DNA from: Klebsormidium nitens
Taxonomy: Eukaryota > Plantae > Klebsormidiophyceae
DNA length: 64,000 nt
Direction of reading: 5' to 3'
NCBI GenBank assembly: GCA_000708835.1
Contig: DF237033.1
Location: forward strand, 124,001 to 188,000
The position numbers and the translations under genes are program-made. A model generated the notes under the pieces. It worked only from the letters and a program-made list of their open reading frames with translations, made no database searches and had not been told where the DNA came from. Numbering within the stretch: the stretch's first letter is position 1; the number at the start of each line of letters is the position of its first letter. Shown piece by piece: positions 25,101 to 38,200 of the stretch.

Positions 25101-26031
25101 GCCCAGACTACGGAGGTTTCTCTTCACTTTAGCTCCTTCGAATCGATTACGATCTTGGACAAAGCAGATGATTGCATTGAGTCGTGTATTCATGCCACCT
25201 TTGTTCTTCCACATACACCCCATGACCACTCAGCAAGCAGCAGAACAGCAACGCTTGCTCTTCAACAAAGGCCCGGTGCCCGTCATTGAGCAGCCAAAAA
25301 CGATTTTGCTCTTCAACATGCGCTCGGTAAGGGTCTTTAGGCAACAGCAGAGCATGTTCTGCTCTTCACCAAGCTCCCAACAACAGTCACCAAACAACAA
25401 AAGGAAAAAAATCTTCTCTGGCACTTGGTAACACTCACCGAGCAGCAGGCGACAATTTCTGTTTATCTATCGAGCCTCCCCACCATTGACTCGGCCTAAC
25501 CTAACCTCAACCAAACCCGCAGCAAAGCGAGAACAGCCTAAGAGGAGCTGGAGGGCGATGAAAACGTCCTAACTTTCTCGAGTTGCCTGTCTGAGGTCGT
25601 CTCGCTTTATCTTGTGAAGCAGCCTAAGGCGTCTCAACCATCCTATCTCGTGCTCATTCGATGCCTTAACGAGTTCCACAGCTTAACGAGAGTGACCCGG
25701 CAGAGGAGCTGGAGAACGACAAACGCAAAACAACAAAAAGCAAACTTTCATCTCGGGCAAGCACTCGGCGACACTCACCGAGCAGCAGAACCACGGTGAC
25801 CTCCCCCTTGCCGAACCGCTCGCCGTCCTTTGAGGCATCCCTTTTCCAGTTCCGCCGAGAGTCGCCCCGGCTTTGGGAGCCGCGCCTGGGACCATCGTTT
25901 TTTGAGCTGCGCCGAGGCTCATCCTTTTGGGAGGTGCGCGTAGGCTGATGGTCATGCAGGGTAACAACTAGGCTGGGGGCAAGAGCTTTGCGGTCGACTT
26001 GGCCCGCATCGATCGATGCGCCGCAACCCAT
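22195..26031 (-). CDS. Adenylate/UMP-CMP kinase-fold protein, likely catalytically inactive, with MGCGAS N-terminal acylation motif; 3' end unresolved (probably extends below 22195)
   Basis: Phase-compatible exons 26031-25779, 24850-24285, 23172-22984, 22769-22195. AK landmarks: VTVVLLLG, AHVAEELGFCRLGMGKILQE, RRLLIDG..EAFEAIVAPIDLVLLFDC, GPLRDYFKER..VIVHV. Confidence 0.72.
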
Positions 26032-26465
26032 CGTGTCATGCTAATCAGCACATCCCACAAGGAGGGGTTTGCTGTGTTGACTATTTTGTGGCCTTTCTAC
26101 GTCCTTGAAGGTGGATATTAGAAATGCTGATCCCAGCGACTAAACCTAACATGATTGCACCAGCCGATCAGGCTGCTTGACATGTATGCTTTTTGCTGAG
26201 GGTTAAAAGTTCGACGTGAATGCAGCATTCTCTCATGTACGAGACAATGTGTTCAGGCAGCTGCTTTTGAGCGAAGTATGTGCAGCTACAGTGACTATTA
26301 AGCACCAGATGAGCAAATGGCGGAATGCTAGACTGATGATCAGTGGTCATATATGCCAATATCTGCACTTGGCGCCAGGATTGGCCGATTGCTCCATCGA
26401 TTCCATCGATTGCGGGCAAAACCACATCCGCAGCTGAAAAGTCCTGGAAGCACAGTGAATGATAA

Positions 26466-26855
26466 GGGTGTCGTTCCACGAGCGGTGGAAGTAGAAATAT
26501 AAATTCCCTGATTGGCTCAAATTGTTTCTGCCGTCGGTCAACGGGCGGACTTCCGGGCAAATAAATGCCACGTCGGCGGCACAACTTTTATCAAAACTCG
26601 ACCCGAGTATTTGTAAGGTCGAACAAAAATAATTTTCTGTGCCGGGACGTGGCACCCAATCAGCGAATGAGACGACGCCATGTCGGATTCTGCAGTAAGT
26701 GCGCATTTTTTAAATGCAACTTCCACCGGCGAGCTATTCTACGAGCGGCCGGAAATTGGTAATATATTGAACTTCCAGGCAAATTCCGGCCTCTTCAGAG
26801 CCACATCTTTTATTTATTTTGCTGACTTCCACCACCGCTCGTGGAACGACACCCT
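26466..26855. mobile_element. PIF/Harbinger (Tourist)-like MITE
   Basis: 23-bp TIR GGGTGTCGTTCCACGAGCGGTGG (26466-26488 / 26833-26855). Flanks are TAA / TAG (imperfect 3-bp TSD). Confidence 0.72.
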
Positions 26856-26982
26856 AGGTATTAAGGAGGGATGAGGAACAGTAGAGACACAGGTGTTGCA
26901 TCCAGTTGAACTTACTTTTAAGCAGAACCAATCATCGATCTCCTAGGACCCAGGATTCCCGCGGATCTCCCTCTGTTTTGAT

Positions 26983-27002
26983 NNNNNNNNNNNNNNNNNN
27001 NN
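26983..27002. other. Assembly gap (20 N)
   Basis: Run of N. Confidence 1.
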
Positions 27003-29824
27003 GTTTTTCTATCTCTTTCTGGGCGCACATCTGAAAACACGAACCCTATTGATGTGATGATTTGTCCTACAACGTCCTGGTGAACGTGACGATCTAGCAT
27101 CCTTCTATGGTAGACTTGGAGCACAGACCGCAAGACTTGGAAGATTTTGAACATCATTTTATCGTCGAATTGGATCACAGACTGCAAGACTTGGAAGATT
27201 CATCATTCAAATTTATGATCCCATGTGGATCACATTATGATGATGATACTCCGATCACGTCGCGCGCGCATAACCGAAACTTCTGACAGAACGGACACGT
27301 GGCCCTTGCATCGAGCTGAACCGATTATCGACGGCTCAAGGTTCTCATTCCCGGACAAGACGGCCGCGGCGCCTAAAACCGCGGGATCAACGTCAAAACC
27401 CGTTCGTAAACCCCCGGTTCCGAGCTATAACCCAGCTTTTCTGGCGCTTGAACGGCTAGCACTCTACGTGCGCCGTCTTCCCTACTTCTTCGCAACTTGC
27501 CGGCAAGTTGCGCAGGGCAACTCCTCGTCTTTTTCCACAACTCCCTTTCTATGATTAGTCGCTACATGCAAGTTTGCAAAGTGACTAGGATTACAGCACT
27601 CGCAATGGCCTCACTTTGCAACAGCAGGCCTTTGGCGGAGCCCATTCTATTAACGAATGAGCTCACAAGGAAACCTCTCTACTCGAGGAGAGAGAGCTGG
27701 GTTTTAGCCTTCATTTGGCATCAGGATTGGAAAAGAACTGTTTGGACCTTCTTGCAGCTCGTTAGGACCAGAAAAAGGGCTTCTTTCTATTCAATAGGAG
27801 CGTATGCCAAGGAAGCAATACGACGTGGGCTCCAAAACAAGCAGACAGATTTCCTGCACGATTTTGCAAGACATTTCAAAGAGACCACTAGTAACAATTC
27901 TACCATTCAGCGATCCAAGATTGAGCTGATAGCAGCTTGCATCTGCAGTGTGACTGCTGTGAGCGAGCTGCAAGATCCCATCGCACTTTGCTATCCATCA
28001 CCTTCGATACATTTGGCGGTTGCGTTAATTGGCAGCCAGCTTTGATGCAGTTGGCGATAACCCCTCCAGGTGAACTTACAGAGCTGAGCTGATAAGGTTT
28101 AACTCGAGGACTTTAACGTAACCTGATTCAATGGCGAAACTACGAGGGGGTTCTCAGGCTTGGAAGAGGTCACCGCAAGTGTTCCTCTTGCTTCTGAGCT
28201 CGTTCTGTGGACTGGGCTCGATCGGCGCTGCACGGTTAGGTGAGCTGATCTGTGTGACCCCGTCTCTATTCTAGCTGTTACTGATGAGAGCCGCTTTTTC
28301 TCTCCAGCGCAAGAGCTCCCAGCTGCACAGAACTCAGTACAATGATCTTGGAATGAATGAAGTATGGTACTTGCTTTAGAGAAAGGTCGTGGGTGCTCCA
28401 GATCTCCAAGCGCATTTAACGGCAGTCCTGGCATGATGTGGCTGTGTGAGTGGGATCAGAACTGTGGCGTTCCGCAGTTGATAACGGGCTTGACCTGATA
28501 GTGAGCAACATATGACATCGTTCAAGTGGTTTACCAGCTTAGATGGGTAGATGGCCTCAGTCAGTCATTCCAGCTCGATATCACTGCGTTTCAAAAAAAC
28601 TTTTTGCTACTCAAGTCCTTCATGGACTGGGTAGTTGGTTGCTTTGAACGTGCGCTCTCGTATTGGAAAACTGGTCTGCCGTCGTTTTTTCCTCAGGGGG
28701 GGCAATTTACAACAACACCATGTTGAGAAGGAAATGACTGCATCCATTGAGCAGTGTGGCCCGCAATTGATAGTGTCAGCTTCTTCATAGTCTGTCTCTG
28801 TACGCATTCCATTGACACAGCTCTTTCATTTCCTGCTACAGGTGGTGTGTCAAAAGCCACCCCTTCAGGCTTCGTGGAGGAAATGATTGCGCCCATCGAG
28901 CAGTTTGGCACCGTGGGGAGGGAACTCCTAGGAGGTGGGCAATCCAAACCGTTTCCTTTCCAACTCCAGTCCGTTTTTAAAACCCCTCACTAAACTTTCT
29001 GCGACGTGTAGAAGGACTTGTGCTGGCTGAACTTGCTGCCCAAGGTGAATGCTTCTATGATTGCAGAGAAGCAGCTGGGTTTGGCTGGCCCTCCTGTTTT
29101 GACGCTCGACATGAGAGCCGAGGACATTTCGACAGTGGATTTTCTTCATTGGCAATCTCGGCATCTCAGAGAACAGCCGTTAAAGAAGGTGTGCTTCCTA
29201 TCTAGAGGGCATTATTCGCTCACAGATTGACCGGTTACTTACTTGCTCACTGATTGACCGGTTACCTAAATCAGGTCACAGCCCCTACACTACAAAAGCG
29301 TTGATCGTATCAAAAGAATGTAAGCCTTTGATAGATGGACCAGCAGAATATTGCCTGAAGACAGCCTTCGACTCTCTTGGGGAGTGCATCAGAGCTTCCA
29401 GACCCCGGCTTTGCTGGTACACTGACTCTACTCCTTGCATTTGGGAGGAGTGTGGGCAACCACGAAAATTTGGTTTTCGTGCACTCCTTCCGCACCTAGA
29501 AATAAAGGGTTGAGTTCGTGAACCAAAGAGAGGAGAGACTTCTCCTGAACGTTTTATGTGTCTGACCCTACAAATTCTCATGCCTGCGAAGCCGTTGGGG
29601 TATACTGTTGCTTCTTGCATCACCAAAAGACAATACAAAGAGAATTGAAGAAGAGACCCATCAAAAAAAAGGATAGAGTAACTCCCAACAGTTTCTGCCT
29701 GCTTTTCCACCGGCAGTACTTCAGAACCTCTGAAAAATGGAAACACTACAGTACCACTTCTATATGACATCTGCAAGACTGAGAAATGCAACAAGAAACG
29801 AATCACTCGTAAGTACTTCTGCAG

Positions 29825-32800
29825 AGTGCACCGACCCCACTATTCCCAATGCCTGCTACGCCTCAGACGGCTCCTTCGCGATCTGCTGTCCGGCCCAATG
29901 CGGACCGTTCTCGGACGGCTACAACCCGACCTGCGGACGGTACGGCGTCGACCCGGCCTTCAACTGGGGCGTGACGTCAGCTCGCCCGATGTCGACATCG
30001 GGGGAGTGCCCAGCGGAGGCGCCAAACCCGTGCTTCACTGCGGACAGCAGCGCGGGGTTCTGCTGCGGGGCGTCCGGATGCGGACCGTCCGGTGAGTAAT
30101 ATTTACCCAAGGTTGAAATGACTATGGAACTTTGGGCCCGAAGTCCATGGAGGGCCTTGCTTACGTCAGCAAGCAACGTGTCATAATTCTGCTGTGTTTC
30201 TCTGGCCGTGGATCCGTCCAATCACTGTACGAACCTGGAACGGGCACGCTACGACGAGTCCCTGGAATACAATTGCATACTTCAGCTTTTTATGGGTCTG
30301 AATGACGTCAGAAAAAGTGGCAATCTGGCCCAACAGCAGCGCAGGGCTCTGCTGTTATCCATTTGGCTGTGCAAGTGCGTGCACGTGCTTCTTTACGTAT
30401 CTCTCTTTCCTTCTTCTCGGTCGTTTGTCTGCCTGTGTTTCTTTTCACTGTATTGTAATATTGGGAACACGGTAACTTTTCTGACATTGGGAACGAGGGA
30501 ACGCATTGACCGGATTCGGTGGGCAGCGAACAGTCAAAAGGCTGCTTTGGATGCCAGCACACATGGAGAAGCAGCGGATTCAGCTTTGCTTTACGATATA
30601 AACCTCGCAACTCTTCCCCACCTTACGGCTTTACTTTGTGGTCCACCCGGCACTTGCTCGAGCTGAAAGACTGGTCCACTCTTGGTTTCCCTTGAAGTCG
30701 TCTCTCCGACTTTGTCAACGAATGTGAGCCGTCCAATCGGGTAGTCGTACGTTCCTACGTACATGCACTGGGTGCGACCCTTCGTTCTCCGCAGAAAGCT
30801 TAGGCGTCGGACGTCCGTCAGTAACAAACCCGCTTTCTTAGTGAACTCCTCTGAGTACCACAAAGGTAGCATATACAGCATGTAATAACGCGCGTGCTAC
30901 GGAAAGCTGAATTGCTCCATTCTTTTGTGCAGGTCCGAATCCAGTCTGCAACGGCGATGCGACGATCAGCGAAGCGGTCACGACGTCGAACCCGACACCT
31001 GCTCCTACAAGCACCTCCCCTTCGACGCCGAACCCAACCCCAGCCCCTACAAGCACTTCCCCTTCGACGTCGAACCCAACCCCCGCCCCGACAAGCACTC
31101 CCCCTTCGACGTCGAACCCAACCCCCGCCCCTACAAGCACTTCACCTTCGACGTCGAACCCTTCTAGCAGCCCCACCGGCCCGCCCCCAACTTTGACACC
31201 AACTTCGCCGCCTACATCAGCGCCTACGACCGCGCCGACCAATAGTGTCAATACGCCGGCGCCCACGACGAATAACCCGACCCCCAGCGCCACTACGGCG
31301 ACCGTGAAGCCCGGCGATAAGCGCACGTTCGTGCTGCATAACCTATGCCCGGAGAGCATATGGATCGGCATCTTTTGGAACGCGGATAAGCAGCCGATTA
31401 CGTTGGCGAACACGGGGCAAGCGACGACGGGGTTCGAACTGGGGTCACAAGTGAGGGCTTTCACGGCGCTCATAGTTTTCTGTGGTCCGAAGACATCAGA
31501 AGCTCTAGAATTCTAGAACTTGATTGTTTACCGGCTTGCAATGTCAAAACTTGGAATTTTAAATTCAGTGAGTTTGTTTTGGTGTTTTCGGTGAGCCAAT
31601 TCCGTCCTGAGGGATGTAGAGCATTTCAGGCTGTCAAGATCTGAGACTCGAGGCCGCTTCGGAAGTACAGAGCAATGGACGCTCGAGAGATAGTATTCCA
31701 ATCAACGTCTTTGCCAGCATACTGCCTCTTTTGACGGGTTTGAACGGTCGGCGTGAGCACCTTGAACGGCTGGTTCTCTAGGACTTTAACGCTGTTGAAC
31801 CTTCTTCGAACTTTCAGGTCAGCAGCCGTGAATGTCGTCTGTGCTTACAGGCAGCGCCCGTCAATTTTCGACGCCCACTTACAGACACTGACTTACCTCA
31901 ATGGCTGACATCTGGACATTCGAAAACAAGCCAGCCTTCACTAACGAATCCTTTGCCACGTGTCATTCTAGGCCAGCGCCGGCGTGCTCGCAAGCAGTGA
32001 CTGGATTGGTCGTTTTTGGGCGCGCACCCGCTGCGGGGGGTCGCCGTTCCGCTGCGAAACGGGGGACTGCGGGGGCGGAACTCCGTGCAGCGGACGGACG
32101 GGCGAGCCCCCGGCCAGCCTGGCGGAGTTCGCGCTCTCGCAAGCGGATGGACAGGTGCGTGACACGTGTTCTGCTCGATTTGGAGAAATTCGTGTCGAGA
32201 TGGTTGGATTTGGTGTCAAAAGACCTGGGTTGCTTTCGCTGCTGGAAGTATGGGGAAAATTGGTTTTCGAATCGCTCCGGCGGCTGTCGAGATCCTGGAT
32301 GTCTTATTACGCAACCTCGTTGGCAGGTAGTTGCACGCTTGTAAAACAGCTCTTGCTTAACCCAGAGAATGTTAATGTCCGAAGTGCAGGTAATCTGTCT
32401 AGCCTGACCCATCTCGCGTGCAGCACAGGATTCCCGCCCGTCGAGCAGACGATGGCCCACTGTAAAGTCATAAATGGTCGCCGAAAGCCGCTCGGGGTAT
32501 CTTTGTTTCGTTTGAATCGTGGTTGCTTTTGTACAAGCAGAAACCGCTCGACTGAACGGAACCGTCCTTCAGAACCGTGCACTCTTAGCGAGTCGGACGG
32601 TGAACGTATCGAGACCTGGTGGTCTGCTTCTTCGCTGGAACGACGTGTCAGCACGGCAGCTAATTGGGTCCTCCCCTGTGATCCTCGCAGGACTTTTTCG
32701 ACGCCAGCCTAGTTGACGGCTACAACCTGAAGCTGGTCATCAAGCCGTCCAACCCCGCCTGCGCCGCCGTCGGGTGCAGCTCCGACCTGCTCGCCACGTG

Positions 32801-33098
32801 TCCCGAATCCCTGAAAATGCGGAGCGCCGACGGCTCCCGCGTGATCGGGTGTTACTCCGCGTGTTCCGCCCCGGCAATGCAATCCGACCCGTTGCGCGAG
32901 CAATATTGTTGCTCCGGGAAATTCGCCGAGGACCCACATGGCTGCCAGGCATTGCACCCCGACCAGTATACGACGGCGTTTAAGGCCGCGTGCCCGAGCG
33001 CGTATAGCTATGCGTATGACGACCCGACGAGTCTGTTCGCGTGCAACAACAGTAATTACGATATTTACTTCTGCGGCGATGTGCCGCTGACCGCGTGA
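29825..33098 (+). CDS. Thaumatin-like (PR-5) protein with two N-terminal 6-Cys repeats and a Pro/Thr/Ser linker; first (signal peptide) exon not identified
   Basis: Exons 29825-30091, 30933-31450, 31972-32154, 32691-33098 (stop). Motifs: RTFVLHNLCPESIW, GRFWARTRC, CETGDC, PPASLAEF, DFFDASLVDGYN, FKAACPSAYSYAYDD. Confidence 0.92.
30982..31161 (+). repeat. Coding 42-bp tandem repeat, about 4 units (SNPTPAPTSTSPST)
   Basis: tcgaacccaacccccgcccctacaagcacttccccttcgacg repeated within the thaumatin linker. Confidence 0.9.
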
Positions 33099-35260
33099 GG
33101 AAGGGTTTAGAGAAACGGATCTGCGGGTTCGTCAAAACTGCAAGGTTAGAAACTGGGTGAGGAAGGTGTTACGGGTGCGCTAAAAGGCGGGTTGATAGAA
33201 AGTTGCCTAAGCATTCTTTGGTGAGGACTAGAGGCCCGTTTCTGGTACGTTGCATCAGGTGATGGTATCCCTTTGAGGGTTAGGAGCCACCTTTGTGGAA
33301 TTGATCGACTTACTGCAATCGGCAGCCTACGGAGAAGACCTACTTCTTGGATAGGTTGCAAAATGATCTGCTGCCAAGCTTCGACGACGAGTGTATCAAC
33401 TATTCTGAGACGCGTAGCTCATCAGACTTAAGGTCGTCGAGGTTGACGTTGTGGGTGCGGTCATACGGCAACTCGGACGCTCGCCGTTTTAAGGTGCGAC
33501 CGGCTTAGGCTGGCGCAGTGCCGGTGGTAAGTTGTTCTAGGAAGACTAGACGGAAAAGGTAGACTTTTCAAGTAAAGACGGAGATAGGACGGTTCGATGT
33601 ACAATAGGATACAATGGTATCGTTGCATTTGGAGTTAAGCCTGTGCATGAGATCGTCGGAAGCGTGATTGCAGTGACGGGCTCAGTTAAGCAGTGCCCTG
33701 CAGGCGCCTTGTCATCATGCATGCCAGCCATACGTTTCTTTCTTTAGTAGTGATTCAATAATTGTAAGCTGGTCGGATCTCCGACGCTAGGCTGATACTA
33801 TCCGCTCTGCTGCATGCGCTAGCTCTTAAAGATCATTAGTATAGAACTTCGCTAAAAATACTTCAATGCGGCATGACCTGCATTCGATCCGTTGATCGAG
33901 CTAGTTGCATGTGCATTATGTTTTGCCCAATTCATAAGTGAGTGTCTGCCAGACGTTGAGTCAAAGGTTCACTGAATCAATCAGATTCCGCTCTCGATTG
34001 ATAAACTCGATCACGTTACAATTATTATACTATGGTCACTCACATGCCAGGTAGACCAACACTCCAAGAACCTGCAGGAGTTCAACTCCAACAGCACCTG
34101 CAGGTCCGTGGTCAAAACAGGTGCAGTCAGTCAAGCTGCCGGCCGGGCGATCACAGTCGTGTTTGAAGAGATGACGATCGGACTTTGCGGCGCGGACTAT
34201 CGTATATAGTGGTGCCAGAACTTGCACTGATGCATGAAAGCATTAAATCTATATTTATATTGCTTTAAGTACACGGTAGTTGTGCATGTCGTTGCATTGA
34301 AAGAGTCCAGATTCCGGCTGCGCGGCAGCGCTAAGCTAGTCGATCACAAGACGGTTCTGCAATCATAAAATCTAACTCTGGAATGCTACTTGATTGAGTG
34401 ACAGACTTGCAGCCGGATGGCTCGCATTCAAGTTATTTCAAATTGTAGGCGTTGGTCCGGCAGAATATTTCAATGATGAACGGACGGTTGCAAGGTGCGA
34501 TGCACAACATGTATCCTGAGATGAATTCACTAGCCTTGCCAGCACTATACAAGGGATTCGCGCGTTTCAATTTCAAGCTTGGCCGGTCTTTCCGGCCAAT
34601 TGAAGCATAATTTCGGGATATGTCACCATATGGATCGCCGCAACGTTTCAATGCAACCGTCCGGCCGCAAATCGACGGCAATTCGATCTCAACAAGTCAG
34701 CATCTTAGTCTTGATTGACTCTTGGAAAGTAATAGCTCTCAAATGGTCAGTAATGGGGCGTTATGAGCTAGAAGTTACCATAGTGACTACGGTGTTCCGG
34801 CATTGAACCCGTCAGTACTTGAATGATGATGGATTAGACAGTCTCGGTGGGAGGCCCGTACTACGAACTTAGCTTGACTTGACTTACAACAAAAATGGAA
34901 AAACCTATCGACAGCACATCAGCCCCTGATCCGAACCATAGGAGACTTGGAAGTTTCTCCGGTCAACCGTCACAGGCTGCGTTTATCAACCGAACCCCGC
35001 CCATCTTATAAATACAGAACTGTAGAAGGTCCGGAACTACCAACTTACAGAATCTCGAAGGGTCTGAAGTCACCGACTTTGATACGGAAAGATCTCAATT
35101 CACCAACTTACACAAAGGTTTCGCATTACCAGCTCCACAGTTTGCTAGGCACAATGCACATACGCTCACACACAAAGCGCACGTCACCACCCACGTGCGA
35201 ACCACGCCTTGTCATCATTACCAACACATCATCATTGCTTACGTCACATCCACTTTTCCC

Positions 35261-38200
35261 CTACTCCTCGAGGTGGGGCAGCCCCGTCCCTTGCGGCGGC
35301 GCGATCCCGTCCCGCTTCCACATCTGATACACACTAGGCGCCCAATGGGACCCGTACTGTTCCCACATGGTTTTGTTCAAATAGTCGTCCTTCCGCAGGA
35401 GCTTGCGGCACCGCTTCGTCCCGCACAAGCATGGCATCACTTTGACGTCACTCAGGTACGTGATAGGGGACGAGTTGGCTGCCGTGCTATAGTCGAGGAG
35501 AATGAGGTCCCCGGGGTGTAGGTCGCGGCGCGCGAGCATGGTCCAGTCGTTGGGGTGGAACCTGGGAGAGGAATGTTGAATGAATTTGGGCTAAGGTTTT
35601 TTGCAGGGAAAAACCAAAGATAGAAGGAAGAGGTAATTTGATGCTCGGAACGCACATTTAGGCTAAACCGGCCGGAAACCCAGAGATCCTGTTGGAGTCC
35701 GGGAGTTTTCTGGTGGCACGGAACTTGGAGAACCTCCCAAGTTCGGCTGGAGATTGACCCATAGATCTTTCTTGTCGAGGAGGATAAGGTCCCAGGGTAC
35801 AAGCCGCGGCGACCGACTACCGTACCAGCGTTTAATTTCGTCGGTCTGGGTGCCAAATAATTAATTATGAATCGATCTGACATTTCGGCGGAGTATTTTA
35901 TATTTTTCTGACATTTCGTAAAAGTAGCATTCCCCTGCTAAAACCAACCATTACCAGCCTTTACCACCCGTACAATCAATCCGACCTTTTCGTCATCGAA
36001 GAAAAACACTTTCCAAAATATTTGGCAGCCCAATTAACTATTTAATTGAAAACGAAATTAAACGCTGGTACGGTATGTATCAGTCGTTTGGAAAAACCTG
36101 ATTTGGCACCCCTCGAGATGGAAACAAGAACGACAAAGAGATGAGGCGAATCGCGGTAGTGATCTGAGAGCGCCGCATACTGAAATGCGCACGCCCAAAA
36201 CCCTTATGTTCCGACAATCGAGAAGAAAGAGCTATCCGTGAGAAAGAATTGTGAAGATCGACTCCGTTCGCTCAATTGATGACGCGAAGGCTGGGTTCAA
36301 TCCGCTTCAACAACTACGCAAAAGCTGGGTTCAAGAGGTTTCCAATTAAAGTTTCCAGAACCACGACGACCTTAAAAACCAAATCCGAGGTATCAGGGCG
36401 AAAGGAGCTAAGGAGTGGGCGGTTGTTCCCTTGCTCATTAGATGACCGCGTTCGTAATGGTGGCTTACGAGGATTGTAGAGGCCCGTGAAGGCGCCTCGT
36501 TGCTGAGCGTCCGAACGCCCTGAACTTTGCGATCTAAACTTGTGAATGCAAAGTAAAGTACTGGAAGTGTTACAGAAAAAAGGCGCTCGAGATCCTGATG
36601 GCCGCTCTTACCAGATGGTTGGGTCGCAGCTGTATCGATGAACCCGGCTTGCATTTATACAAGCAACCGCAAACTAGAGTTGGCATCGTCAAAGGAATCG
36701 TCAACAGAACACCTTGCGGCAGTTCTTACCAGATGGTCGGGTCGCAGCTGTGGTTCATGAACGCCGCAAAGTCCTCTGGCACTCCGTCCTCACGGACCGT
36801 CGCCGCTTGAAACTCGTGGTCCGAGATCTGCAAAAAGGTGGCCTTTGGATTTACTTTTCGAAGTCGAAAACGGGAGGGTCTTAACATCTTAAGGTTTGGG
36901 GTTTTCGAACTCGAAGCGCACTTCCCATTGAACTCGAGGTCCGAGATTTAAAGAGATTGGGGGTCTTTCACATTTGGGTTTGAAGACCTGAGGTGCATCC
37001 CTGCTTGGGATTTGTGCAAGACCCGGGCACACAGCACGTAAAAACCGAATCAAAGAATTGATGGATGGAATCGCAAGATCCAAGATTTATGGTCTGGGTC
37101 GAAGGATCTGAAGCGCAGTGCCACCACCAGCAATTAGTGTTCCGAGATTTCAAAATAGAAAGCAAAGGAGGTCAGGCTTTTGCGAAGTTCGTGGTGAGGG
37201 ACTTCGCCTGCGCCCCAGAAGCGGGTCTCTCTCACTTCGACCAGAAAGGTTTCCCCAGCTGATCATGGTTGACATTTGCAGGATGAGAATCCTACTAGGT
37301 CTCAAGGATCGTAGGCTTCATTAAGGTGTCTGTCTGTTTTGATCTGCATCGGTCATGCGTGTCAGTAACGCAAAGAAGGAAAGCTTATGTCGGATTTACG
37401 GCACGCCACTGAACCATTGAACGGGAGAAGGAGCGAACTATCACTTACAAGAGACAAAGAAGAAGTGGAGGTAGAGGAATCGAGCACTTGCCTGCACCGC
37501 CCAATGTAGAAACTCTTCCCGCTTCTCCAGGGGGAGCGCTTCCAGTTGATCGACGGTCAGGATCGTTCCCTTGCGGTCCCGGAGATAGTGCCCGGTAAAC
37601 ACAATCTCCCCCTTGGGAATGAGAGCCTTCACAACCAGTTCCTTCTCCCCTGGGAACTGCGTACTCTCTTGGATCCAGACATCTGGGTTAAGGCCCTCGT
37701 AACCAGGGTCTCGGTCGTCATTCTGCAGGGTCAGTTAAGCAGGTGGTTACTGGCATCGTAGAGCAAGACCCGCTACTTGATAACCTAGCTGATACCTCAG
37801 AGAGTCGTTTGTCATGACCAGACTTTTCCTCCAAGGTTGAGTCGCTGCCTTAGGTCTAGACACCTGGGTTAGCTATCTCGTAAGCTGGGTTCCGATCATC
37901 ATTCTGCATTTGTCCCTTTCAACAGTTTGGGGGGGAAATGTGGTTCTGAGATAAGGCCCTTGCAAACAAAGACTGGGCACTAAAGTGAGGCACCAAGAAG
38001 CGGGAAGTTTTAGCATAGGGACCAAGGCACATGACAACCGGCATATTGCAAGATGAGGGGAAAGGCAACGGCAATCTGGTGCGCCATGTTCTTAAGATGA
38101 GCAAGTGGAAGAGATGGACATAGAAGAAGCGCACACAGCAGGATGTACAAGTGCAAGATGGGATGGGGGGGGAAATTTCCAAAGTTCCATGGAGTTTTCT

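Noticed and set aside
30838-31473. 211-aa VGAGVGFDVEG repeat ORF (elastin/silk-like)
   Set aside because: Antisense of the thaumatin Pro/Thr linker.
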